47,680 nt of DNA from NCBI GenBank assembly GCA_007133995.1, contig SLLP01000081.1, positions 1 to 47,680 of the forward strand, given 5' to 3'. Below are positions 18,901 through 26,512 of this stretch, in pieces. This DNA is from Balneolales bacterium (GTDB lineage: Bacteria > Bacteroidota > Rhodothermia > Balneolales > Natronogracilivirgulaceae). Every line of letters starts with the position of its first letter. Position 1 is the first letter of the stretch. Under the pieces are notes generated by a model that made no database searches, had not been told where the DNA came from, and worked only from the letters and a program-made list of their open reading frames with translations. Made by a program: the position numbers and the translations under genes.

Positions 18901-20676
18901 GTAAAGTTGATGGAATTGCAGCTCGTTTCCATTTAAACGGGACGGATGCACATCTACGACCATTCTGCCATGCCACTCTTCCATATCCCTTCCGTGCCAG
19001 TTGATATCAAAGTTCATATTCCAGTCTGACACCGGGAGATTGTGCTTTTCTGCTATGGCGTTCAGATCAAGTCCGGATGATGCGCCTTTCATCAACAGAT
19101 GAGGTCGCTCACCACGCAGATTCAGCGATCCTTCTCCACTGATGAACCCTGAATCCTGATAATAGCCGAATTCATGGGTCACAAGTCTGTCAGAATAGGT
19201 GATATCCAGGTGCATGTCAGGAATCACAAAATCGGTGATACGGGAATCAAAGATGTCGACATTCATCGTCAGGACGGGATCGGGTTTCATCACATCAAAT
19301 CCGGACAGTATCATTTCCATATTGATCAGGCCGGGGTAGTCTGACAGCCCATCCATCGCAGCGGGATTGATATCCGTTCCGGACAGGGTGAAGTCAAAGG
19401 CAAGCGGATGCTCCAGGTCAATAAGGCCATGGGTTTTCAGATGTCCCTCCGGCAGGTTGAAATCGAGATCTACCTGCATGGTATCTGCATTACCCTTGAG
19501 CATTCCACTGGTGCCGATAGTGTTCCAGTCATGGAAAGGCAGGGCCCGGGTCTGCGGTGCCCAGGCAATCAGATCATCGGCATCGGCCTGAATTGCATGA
19601 ATTTCGATTTGGTATGCCAGCTGTTCCAGATTCCGGAAATCACTGAAATCAGCATCAAGACTCAATCTGGTATTGCCACTGGCGAGTTCGGCGTCCCTGA
19701 TGCTGAGGAAGCGCCCGTTGCCTTCTGCCATCATCGTGGCGTTGAGGCCATCAAAACCGTTCGGAATGTCTTCTAAAAAAAAGTCCAGTTCCATTTCTGC
19801 CAAAAAACCATCCTTAAGAAACATCGTCCATGCTGCCTGATTCAACTGTTCTGCGATGCTACCCTTGAAGAGGTCGATACCGTCGAACTCCATGTTCCAG
19901 TCCATATAGGAGTTGCCCAGTCGCATGCGCATCACATTGAATTCCAGGTACCGCCTGTCGTTATATATCTGTCCGGAAAGCACCAATTCACGTGTATCGA
20001 GATCCTCGAGTATGAGAGTGAGATAGGAAATATCCAGATAGCGCTGATCGGCCGATATTTCAAGAAACATCTCCGTATTGAACCCGGTTATGCGAAAAGG
20101 ATAAGAAAGGCTCGGATGATCGAAGCCTTCCGGAGGTGCATCAGTATGGAGAAGTCCGTCATGCACCTGCATGAAAGGGGCGTAGATGTTAAGGGTATGA
20201 AATGGCTGTGGCAGATCAAACAGATCGGATTCGCCCGGTCTCATAAACGGCTGAGCGTCCCGATTACGTGTGAGAGCCCTGATCAGCGAATATTTACCAG
20301 ATTCGTCGTGACGCAAATAGACACTGGGTCTGATTAGCGCCAGATCGTTAATGGTGAGATTGTTACGGAAAAGTGCAATGATATCTACCCTGACCCTCAT
20401 GTTATCCATTGATACGACCGTTCTGTCATCGTATTCAAGCAGCAGATCCCTGAGTTCCATCTGCAGTGGCAAAAAACCACCAATTTCACCTATGTGCAGC
20501 GTTCCCTGATAATTCTCGTTAAACCAGGTTTCGGCACGATCGGAAAGATACATTTTCACCGGATTCGTCTGCAGCATCACAAAAAGGGCACCTGCAAAGA
20601 GCACAACAGTGGCCACCAGGACCATCATGCTGCGCCAAAAGATATGCCACATAATATGAAAGAATCGATAAAACAC
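15916..20676 (-). CDS. tamB: Translocation and assembly module protein TamB (AsmA-like, C-terminal DUF490)
   Basis: 1586 aa with a single N-terminal TM anchor (MMVLVATVVLFAGALFVML), then a very long beta-rich repetitive body. The C-terminal ~330 aa resemble the TamB/DUF490 domain (...LNLLGFDQADLGIALRLFDDRLVLRREGEVGG...). The start codon is GTG at 20676, and an alternative ATG at 20652 lies in the same frame. Confidence 0.8.
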   Translation of the reverse strand: MFYRFFHIMWHIFWRSMMVLVATVVLFAGALFVMLQTNPVKMYLSDRAETWFNENYQGTLHIGEIGGFLPLQMELRDLLLEYDDRTVVSMDNMRVRVDIIALFRNNLTINDLALIRPSVYLRHDESGKYSLIRALTRNRDAQPFMRPGESDLFDLPQPFHTLNIYAPFMQVHDGLLHTDAPPEGFDHPSLSYPFRITGFNTEMFLEISADQRYLDISYLTLILEDLDTRELVLSGQIYNDRRYLEFNVMRMRLGNSYMDWNMEFDGIDLFKGSIAEQLNQAAWTMFLKDGFLAEMELDFFLEDIPNGFDGLNATMMAEGNGRFLSIRDAELASGNTRLSLDADFSDFRNLEQLAYQIEIHAIQADADDLIAWAPQTRALPFHDWNTIGTSGMLKGNADTMQVDLDFNLPEGHLKTHGLIDLEHPLAFDFTLSGTDINPAAMDGLSDYPGLINMEMILSGFDVMKPDPVLTMNVDIFDSRITDFVIPDMHLDITYSDRLVTHEFGYYQDSGFISGEGSLNLRGERPHLLMKGASSGLDLNAIAEKHNLPVSDWNMNFDINWHGRDMEEWHGRMVVDVHPSRLNGNELQFHQLYLDFNHPESRTRSLRLTSSIADLVMEGEISIPSIGRLFGQWHNYFTYRVDDEILFRKREEQLMKRAEPGDLLQADIFFEVKNLELLQAYAPRMPDITSTLQGLVQLHADSDMLEITSEWQDNRTAWNGISIEGSEMVFSAGFRFDRSFHDFLDLDLKVNVGRLIYMDQNLDSLSWALLIDEETINSHSRIANFGNEVRFSADIRGGLSESEIYFIIDDLVLGNERYSWLTGYQPVLRYDQDGKLHIEDLLVFSGEDRIFIDGSFSSDPEDSVVYRFVNVNLDRISQMIDGKVGFQGIVDGDFVTRTLTVNPVFHGRLDVDHLAFNDRIIGDASLVSTYNSVEERFETELRVITDEEKHSDYIDQNEGRRQHVTATGWLRAPDIDLPVDSLYYFDIDVVELDAWVLRYLMSSIFESIEGKATGNGYITGNLTDIDFHGDFEILESEVVPVFLEPLYRLNGNLSVNRYDGVLIHELNIRDAANGRGTVTGTFDLNDFEPEKFMDITLSLQNLRFLDNSEDPEVPFYGRVAGTGVVNISGSNVSPFVRTIEPINTTSQSRISLPLVDPTMGDTQGRYIRFVKNFEEVDFHRQITDDPEVLRQIDRTFMEVFRLDLQFVAAPNTTVQLIFDPVTGEIVNAQGSGRMRITLEDEDLQIFGNFDISSGDYLFVGGDILTRRFILREGGTIRLDGDPTNALLDITAVYRSRPNIAPLLGAAMDQTNRVPVELLLVITGPIDNIENDFYFEFPNAIDATQNAAVLNVLNSEEQKLLQATSLLFTGGFISGALVGDTQTQELGTTLQARAGQVGISQLLSSQINTLLSDNLINLDVDLNLLGFDQADLGIALRLFDDRLVLRREGEVGGEETNIGDLGATYRINQNLSVEVFHRKDPMLMSILGTQADVENVNGLGLEAQFRFNTWREFGHRIWRNVTTVFGLFESNGEGQAEHEPDSDPENDFADAEGEEDSSLPSMLTGIREDSLSCIFLEKLMEPNTLPND

Positions 20677-20782
20677 TTTTAGAATACCTGCTTAAGATGG
20701 TCTGGTCAATGTTCAGATTGGGTTGCGGTAACCTGATATGCTTAAGAATGTCAACATACGGTAGTGAATCAAATTGTTCAGC

Positions 20783-21973
20783 TTACGAAAGCGCCTTGAA
20801 CGTATATTGCCACGCTTCCTTCAGTAGATTCCGGTTGTTCACAGGGTGCAAGCAAGGCCGGCCATGTTCTTTCACCAGAACCAGTCGAATGCTGTTGTCT
20901 CTGTTCTTTTTATCCTGTGTCATTAGTGTAACGAGTCGATCCACTGCGCTGGTGTATGCCCCGAGGTCAAGTTGATAGGTATTTTTCATTTCCAGCAGCG
21001 GTTTATCTGAAACATTATACCCCAGTTTTCTGGAGACACACAAAGCAGCTATCATACCGGCATATACGGCTTCACCATGGTTGATATTGCAGTAGTTGTC
21101 CTGAGTTTCGAGTGCGTGTCCAAAGGTGTGTCCAAAATTCAGCCAGGCTCGTCTACCAGATTCGCGCGCATCTTCTGCCACCACCTCCGATTTGATTCGC
21201 ACCGATTGTTCGATCACTTCTCCCAGAAGATTTTGGCTGCGTGATGCAGGATCTGCCAGGGTGGTTGCCTGATCAAGCAGACGGGGATCGGCTATGTAAC
21301 CGTATTTAAGCACTTCGCTGATTCCACAAAGCCATTCCCGCTGAGGCAGGGTGTCAAGAAATGCCGTATCGAACAGTACCGCCTTTGGATGGTAGAAGGC
21401 ACCGATGGTATTTTTGCCAAAAGCATGGTTTATGCCTGTTTTACCACCAACAGCACTGTCCACCATGGCCAGAAGTGTGGTGGGGATATGGTAAAGCGGC
21501 AGACCGCGCATCAAACCGGCAGCGGCAAAACCTGCAAGGTCACCGGTCACGCCACCCCCGACAGCCACAAGAGGGGTGTTTCTGCGAAGCGGACCCGAAA
21601 AAGCAAAGTCGATTATACGGTTCCAGGTTGCAACACTTTTAGACTCCTCTCCGGGCGGCACTTCAAAATACCGCGTTGATTTGGCAGGAAAAACCTGATC
21701 CAGCTTTTCTCGATGCAAGTGTCTGACATTGGCATCCACAACAAGGATTACGGGAGTATCAGCGGCCATATTACCATCGTCGATATTTTCATGGCTCTTT
21801 TCTCCCCTGCCGGCACTGCCGTTATCGTGTTTAACGCTACTTTCAGGTTCAGGGGATTGATCCTCAACGGTGTTCGCACCGCGAGCCTCCATCCATAACA
21901 GTTTCAGGTCATCAAAAAGAATAAACCTGGTTTCACAGGTATCAGCAATCTTCAGGGATGGCAGTTGAAGCAT
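20783..21973 (-). CDS. aroB: 3-dehydroquinate synthase
   Basis: Motifs VAVGGGVTGDLAGFAAA, PTTLLAMVDSAVGGKTGINH and FGHTFGHALE. The track start at 21982 is TTG, so I use the ATG at 21973. The gene overlaps the 3' end of aroK by 32 nt. Confidence 0.9.
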   Translation of the reverse strand: MLQLPSLKIADTCETRFILFDDLKLLWMEARGANTVEDQSPEPESSVKHDNGSAGRGEKSHENIDDGNMAADTPVILVVDANVRHLHREKLDQVFPAKSTRYFEVPPGEESKSVATWNRIIDFAFSGPLRRNTPLVAVGGGVTGDLAGFAAAGLMRGLPLYHIPTTLLAMVDSAVGGKTGINHAFGKNTIGAFYHPKAVLFDTAFLDTLPQREWLCGISEVLKYGYIADPRLLDQATTLADPASRSQNLLGEVIEQSVRIKSEVVAEDARESGRRAWLNFGHTFGHALETQDNYCNINHGEAVYAGMIAALCVSRKLGYNVSDKPLLEMKNTYQLDLGAYTSAVDRLVTLMTQDKKNRDNSIRLVLVKEHGRPCLHPVNNRNLLKEAWQYTFKALS

Positions 21974-22511
21974 GTGATTCAAGTTGTCGGATCAGTTCAT
22001 TGGTCGTTTGTTCGCGGGTCCATCCGGGTTGGACAGATACGGTAACATCAGCGCGGCGATACACAGGCTGACGTTCTGACAGGAGGCGGGAAATGCGCTG
22101 CAAGAGCTGCTCGTCATCGAGTAGTTTTCCGTTTTCATCGTGCAGCAAAGGCCTGTTTTTACTTTTTCTCAGACGCTCAAACAACGTTTTAAGCGGAACA
22201 TCCAAATAGACGATAGTGGCATGATTTCTTAAATATTCACTTATCTCCGGCTGATGCAAGGCACCCCCGCCCAGGGCCAGGATCAGCGGCGACTCCGAAA
22301 CAGCCTTTTCGAAATAACATTGTTCAAGCTTTCGAAAATACGCTTCTCCTCTGTCACTGAAGATCTCCGTAATGGGACGCTGTTCACCCTGTTCTATCAT
22401 CGTGTCAAGGTCCCGGAATAAAATCTTGAGGTGATCAGAAAGCCTTTTTCCTATCGCACTCTTACCGGAACCCATAAATCCGGTCATGGCAATTGTTTTT
22501 AAACTATTCAT
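21942..22511 (-). CDS. aroK: Shikimate kinase
   Basis: 189 aa. Walker A GFMGSGKSAIGK, then DLD...E and LALGGGA motifs typical of AroK. Confidence 0.9.
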   Translation of the reverse strand: MNSLKTIAMTGFMGSGKSAIGKRLSDHLKILFRDLDTMIEQGEQRPITEIFSDRGEAYFRKLEQCYFEKAVSESPLILALGGGALHQPEISEYLRNHATIVYLDVPLKTLFERLRKSKNRPLLHDENGKLLDDEQLLQRISRLLSERQPVYRRADVTVSVQPGWTREQTTNELIRQLESHASTAIPEDC

Positions 22512-22534
22512 AATACTGCAATATATGAATAATT

Positions 22535-24151
22535 TCAGGATTTTGGCATCTCCGGTTTGTCGGGTTTGACCATCTCGACCCGCTCTTTTGCAACGATCAC
22601 CTGACCGGGTTGCGAGCCTTTCGGTTTCCGTACGTGTTTCCTTTTTGCGATGATTACTGGTACCAGGGACGAGCCGGACTGCCGCGAGTAGCCGGCGGCG
22701 TATGATGCTGCCTCTACAATGATCTTACGATCAGGCCACTCGAGACGGCCCTGGTTGCGAATAATAACATGGGAGCCGGAGGTACCACGCGCATGAAGCC
22801 AGATATCTTCCTTGTGTGACAATGAGAGTATTTCATCATTGCTTTTTGCACTTTTACCGATCCAGATCTCATATTTATCGATTTGGACAAGCCGATAGGG
22901 CCTTGCCACGGGCTGACCGGTATAAGGTGTCAGACCAGCCTGCCGGAGTCCGGCTTCATTCTTTGTGAGCCATTTTTGCAGATCCCCGGGATAATGAATC
23001 TCCGACAGCTCAGTGTGCAACCTCTTCATATCATCCTTTTGCCTCACAATCTGACTTTTTTTCTCGCCTGAAATGGCAATTTCCTTTCGGATTCGGGTTG
23101 CCTTGTCGTAATATTTCTGGGCTTGCAGGATGAGAGTTTCACCTCTGGTTATCGGAATGACCTGTTCCCTCCCGTCATCTGCCCAGTCGATGACCGAAAC
23201 TTTGTCAACCGTTACCACCTTATCGGCATAAGGCTGGCTTATAAGAAGATGGCCGTAATGTTCCAGTCTGTCCGCTTTTTGCAACCGCTCCTTTTGTTTA
23301 TCGTATTGTTCGAGTTGTTTATGTAATCCAGAAATACGTTTTACAATTTTCTTTTCTATGTCCCTTTTTTGAGGAACAAGACGTTTTTCCCGATACTGCT
23401 TGAGGAAGAGAGTACGAACGGCGTCATTAACTGTGCTGAAGGTTTTTTCGGGAGGATGAACCAGGTATTCCGGTGGCAGCAGGCTCAAATTACCTCCGGC
23501 GGTTATTGAAATCGCAGAAGGATGCACAAGCAGATCTTTGAGCTCATCAAGTTTATCTTTTAACTCCGGCAATCCTGCGGATTCCAGGGAGCAAGTGACA
23601 GCTATATCATCGATGAGGCCACGTGGGAAACGTTTGTCCAATGCGACAATCTTTTTTTTCAAGGGCAGTGTATCATCCATATCCGGAAAGCTAACGGCAT
23701 CATTCGATGTGTCGGTAAAGGATATTTCAGGCGCCGGTCTCCCCTTGTGTGCGGCATCATTTTTGAAACTTTCAATTATGATTCCTTTGCGAATCAAAAA
23801 GACATTGGGTTGACTTGAAAAAGGTTTGAAGAGCAGCTCAAAATCCGAATCTTTGAATGTGACGCGGATGTACCGATCAGTCGGAGAGGGCATTTCCACA
23901 TTGGCTATCCTCTGTCCCTTAAGATCCGGAAAAAAAGATGCGGCATCGCGAGACGGCACGGCGACACGTCTGTCGAGAAATAGAGCGGTCATCGGTGATG
24001 TAACTGAAAAAGTTAATTTCACCAAGCTATGAGATGATAATAAAAAGTCGATCTGATCCTTTCGATTGGACCATACTTCGATGACTTCCTTATTAAAAAT
24101 TTCGTATCTTAGCTCTGCAACCAGACATAATAAAGTATAGTAATTATTCAT
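22535..24151 (-). CDS. NFACT-family protein (RqcH / FbpA-like ribosome quality-control factor)
   Basis: 538 aa. The C-terminal NFACT-R (DUF814) signature GKSAKSNDEILSLSHKEDIWLHARGTSGSHVIIR closely parallels B. subtilis RqcH. There is a central coiled coil. The N-terminal NFACT-N-like region includes a retained Asp-Arg pair (TDRYIRVTF). Confidence 0.75.
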   Translation of the reverse strand: MNNYYTLLCLVAELRYEIFNKEVIEVWSNRKDQIDFLLSSHSLVKLTFSVTSPMTALFLDRRVAVPSRDAASFFPDLKGQRIANVEMPSPTDRYIRVTFKDSDFELLFKPFSSQPNVFLIRKGIIIESFKNDAAHKGRPAPEISFTDTSNDAVSFPDMDDTLPLKKKIVALDKRFPRGLIDDIAVTCSLESAGLPELKDKLDELKDLLVHPSAISITAGGNLSLLPPEYLVHPPEKTFSTVNDAVRTLFLKQYREKRLVPQKRDIEKKIVKRISGLHKQLEQYDKQKERLQKADRLEHYGHLLISQPYADKVVTVDKVSVIDWADDGREQVIPITRGETLILQAQKYYDKATRIRKEIAISGEKKSQIVRQKDDMKRLHTELSEIHYPGDLQKWLTKNEAGLRQAGLTPYTGQPVARPYRLVQIDKYEIWIGKSAKSNDEILSLSHKEDIWLHARGTSGSHVIIRNQGRLEWPDRKIIVEAASYAAGYSRQSGSSLVPVIIAKRKHVRKPKGSQPGQVIVAKERVEMVKPDKPEMPKS

Positions 24152-24202
24152 ACGTTAATTTTGCTGTTCTCGTAGCGCTTTCAAAATAAAATCAGTTTTA
24201 TT

Positions 24203-24850
24203 ATGAATTACCCTATATTCAGTGCCATCGTGAACCAGATGGAGGCACGGCTTGCCAGGAGAGCTATAAATATAGATCAGTTCCGGGTGTGGAACGAAGA
24301 TAAAATAAATGCTACCGGGCTTGAAATCGGCGTTGATTTGACCAACAGATCCAACCATGTAAACCGACTGGTTATTAATCTGGACTGGGACAAATTCCGG
24401 GAGGCATGCCTGGCCAAACAGTTGCCGGGAATGGAGAAGCACCCCCTGCTCAAGGACAACGCCTACCACAGAGACAGCGTATCACCTTATATCGACGTGG
24501 AGACAATTTGGTACTTAGATGAGCAGTCCCTTTATGAAAAACTAAAATCAACAATCGGTAATCGCCGAATGGAGGCAGCCCGCGACTGGATGGAGTATAT
24601 CAATGCAGAACTTAAACGGGTTTTCACAGAGGAAAGTCTCATTACACGTTGGCATGTCGAGATTGAGGGGGATATCAACGGCCGATATGTGACGGATATG
24701 AGCCTGATATCCTATTCACAATTTAACCTTGACTCATTCGAGTCTCTTAACGATATACACGCGCATCTCGAGAAGAATATTCAGTTACTGCTGCAGCGAA
24801 CGGATGTAATTATAAAAATTGCAATGCGCACGCTGGAAAAGGCGGCCTGA
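24203..24850 (+). CDS. Hypothetical protein, no recognisable family
   Basis: 215-aa ATG ORF filling the gap between rqcH-like and the small basic ORF. Soluble, mixed-charge composition and no competing ORF of similar quality. Only 51 bp separate it from the divergent rqcH-like start codon. Confidence 0.55.
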   Translation: MNYPIFSAIVNQMEARLARRAINIDQFRVWNEDKINATGLEIGVDLTNRSNHVNRLVINLDWDKFREACLAKQLPGMEKHPLLKDNAYHRDSVSPYIDVETIWYLDEQSLYEKLKSTIGNRRMEAARDWMEYINAELKRVFTEESLITRWHVEIEGDINGRYVTDMSLISYSQFNLDSFESLNDIHAHLEKNIQLLLQRTDVIIKIAMRTLEKAA

Positions 24851-24963
24851 AAGCGTTTGGTGATGACAAACACCGGTTCTGCCGGTTTGTACCACTGTAC
24901 CACAGCGGCCGAGAACGGATCTCCCTGCCGCTGCGATACATAAAACAGAAAACAGAGATTCCG

Positions 24964-25053
24964 CTACCTCTTCTTGTGTCTGTTTTTGCGAAGTCTTTTC
25001 TTCCTTTTGTGCTTGGCAATTTTTGCGCGTTTACGCTTTTTTCCGCTTGGCAT
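24964..25053 (-). CDS. 29-aa Lys/Arg-rich protein, bS22 / AURKAIP1(COX24)-like small ribosomal-protein candidate
   Basis: Not in the ORF track because it is under 60 aa. Read from the sequence: ATG at 25053..25051 and TAG at 24966..24964. It encodes MPSGKKRKRAKIAKHKRKKRLRKNRHKKR and starts 21 nt downstream of the TPR gene on the same strand. Confidence 0.6.
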   Translation of the reverse strand: MPSGKKRKRAKIAKHKRKKRLRKNRHKKR

Positions 25054-25074
25054 ACTATCAGGTTTTAGTCGTTT

Positions 25075-25833
25075 TTAATTGTGATAAATTTCATGATGGT
25101 GACGATCCAGGTATTTCTGTACTATCGCTTCCCAGTCCGAGTTTTCCGCCAATACCCGCGATCGTTCCAGAAACGGGATACTTTCACGAATATTACCAAT
25201 CTGGTGCAACAGAACACCGGTGTTAAAATGGGCACGAATATGTTCTGGATCCACCTCGCGCGCCTTTTCTAACTTGGCGTATGACTTGTCAGGCTGCAGT
25301 AGGCTCATATAAACAACGGCGAGATCTGTCAGCACATCCGGGTCATTCGGTTTGACATCAAGGGCACCAATATACATCTCTTTCGCCTTATATGCTGACT
25401 CTTTTGCATACGCCTCGTCATTTTCCTGTTGCGCCACCGAAAAATAAAGACTTGCGGCATGCATGAAATCAGAGAAATGTTCGGTTTGAAGAGCTCTTTT
25501 TTCAGCCCAAAAAGCAGCCTTTTCGTATTCCCCTGCTTTTGTATGAACCAAAATTAGCTCCCCATAATATGGAAGGCGATCTCTTGTGTCTGTGAGAGTA
25601 TCCAGGACTGAATTGATGTGGAATATGCGACGCTCATCGGTTTCGGTAAGTTCACGCAGGACGTTTTGTTCTTCTGATTCAACATATTCGGTTGAGTTTT
25701 TTGCAGCTTCGCGGGCAGGTAATGAATCCACTTCGCTCTCCAAAATGTTCCATTGAGCATCGAGATATATGGCCAGACCTAAGCCAGCCAGGGTAAGGGT
25801 AATAACAACAGATAAAAACCAACGGTTGAACAT
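25075..25833 (-). CDS. Membrane-anchored tetratricopeptide-repeat protein
   Basis: 252 aa. N-terminal TM helix (WFLSVVITLTLAGLGLAIYL), then TPR-like helical repeats (...AASLYFSVAQ..AYAKESAYKAKEMYIGALDVKPNDPDVLTDLAVVYM...AHFNTGVLLHQIGN). Confidence 0.7.
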   Translation of the reverse strand: MFNRWFLSVVITLTLAGLGLAIYLDAQWNILESEVDSLPAREAAKNSTEYVESEEQNVLRELTETDERRIFHINSVLDTLTDTRDRLPYYGELILVHTKAGEYEKAAFWAEKRALQTEHFSDFMHAASLYFSVAQQENDEAYAKESAYKAKEMYIGALDVKPNDPDVLTDLAVVYMSLLQPDKSYAKLEKAREVDPEHIRAHFNTGVLLHQIGNIRESIPFLERSRVLAENSDWEAIVQKYLDRHHHEIYHN

Positions 25834-25861
25834 GGTGCCGATTGATATGCCTTTTACTGTT

Positions 25862-25906
25862 CAAAATAAAAATATCCGGCACTCCAGTAAAGGAATGTCG
25901 GATATT
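25862..25906 (-). terminator. Rho-independent terminator candidate downstream of the HU gene
   Basis: Minus strand: AATATCCGACA-N14-TGCCGGATATT (11-bp stem with one mismatch, 25871-25881 / 25896-25906), followed by TTTTATTTTG. Confidence 0.55.
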
Positions 25907-25950
25907 CGAAATATACACTGTAATTCAGATCAAACGCCAGTCAGCGAATT

Positions 25951-26238
25951 TCAACTGCTTAACTGACCATTAACCGCATGTTTAAAGTCCTTTGAAACTT
26001 TCAGTACCGGAACGTACTGCTCAGGTACTATTACTTCTTCATTTGTTTTTGGATTACGGGCAATGCGGCGGGCACGTTTGACCACTTTGAAGCTTCCAAA
26101 TCCGCGCAGCTCGATATTTTCACCTCGCTTCATGGATTCAATGACGGTCTGCAGAAATCCATTGACGACAGCTTCGGTTTCGATTTTGGTTATTCCGGTG
26201 TTGGATGAGATCACTTCTACAATATCTGCCTTGGTCAT
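25951..26238 (-). CDS. HU/IHF-family DNA-binding protein
   Basis: 95 aa. MTKADIVE...VELRGFGSFKV..R.AR.ARNPKTNE..VPE architecture with the beta-arm proline, diagnostic of HU/IHF. Confidence 0.92.
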   Translation of the reverse strand: MTKADIVEVISSNTGITKIETEAVVNGFLQTVIESMKRGENIELRGFGSFKVVKRARRIARNPKTNEEVIVPEQYVPVLKVSKDFKHAVNGQLSS

Positions 26239-26512
26239 AATGTAAGGGGTTTGGTTGGAAAGAGTTGCTACTCATTTGATTACTCAATGTACGATATTGA
26301 ATACAAATAACAATATATTTGCCTGAGGGTTCCCGTAATTTGAAAAAAGTGTAAAAAACTGCTGAAGTGCCTTATTCTCTTTTTTTTGTCTGTCAAAAAA
26401 GCCCTATAATTTTCTTTGGTATCTGATCTGCACAGCATTCCTGCGATTCAGAGGTCGCCTGTCGATTCCAGTCATTTCTGTAAACAACAATATATCATAT
26501 CATTACAGCAAT

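Noticed and set aside
24810-25019. A 69-aa minus-strand track ORF in the hypothetical/TPR intergenic region.
   Set aside because: It is in a different frame from the convincing 29-aa basic ORF it overlaps, and it has an odd composition. It would also run through the convergent 3' region of the 215-aa gene.
26239-26512. A possible glycine riboswitch or other leader upstream of the alanine/glycine symporter.
   Set aside because: I found none of the conserved glycine-riboswitch elements (GGAGAG ... ACCGAAGGGGCAA-type cores). The region is AT-rich and reads as ordinary divergent promoter space.
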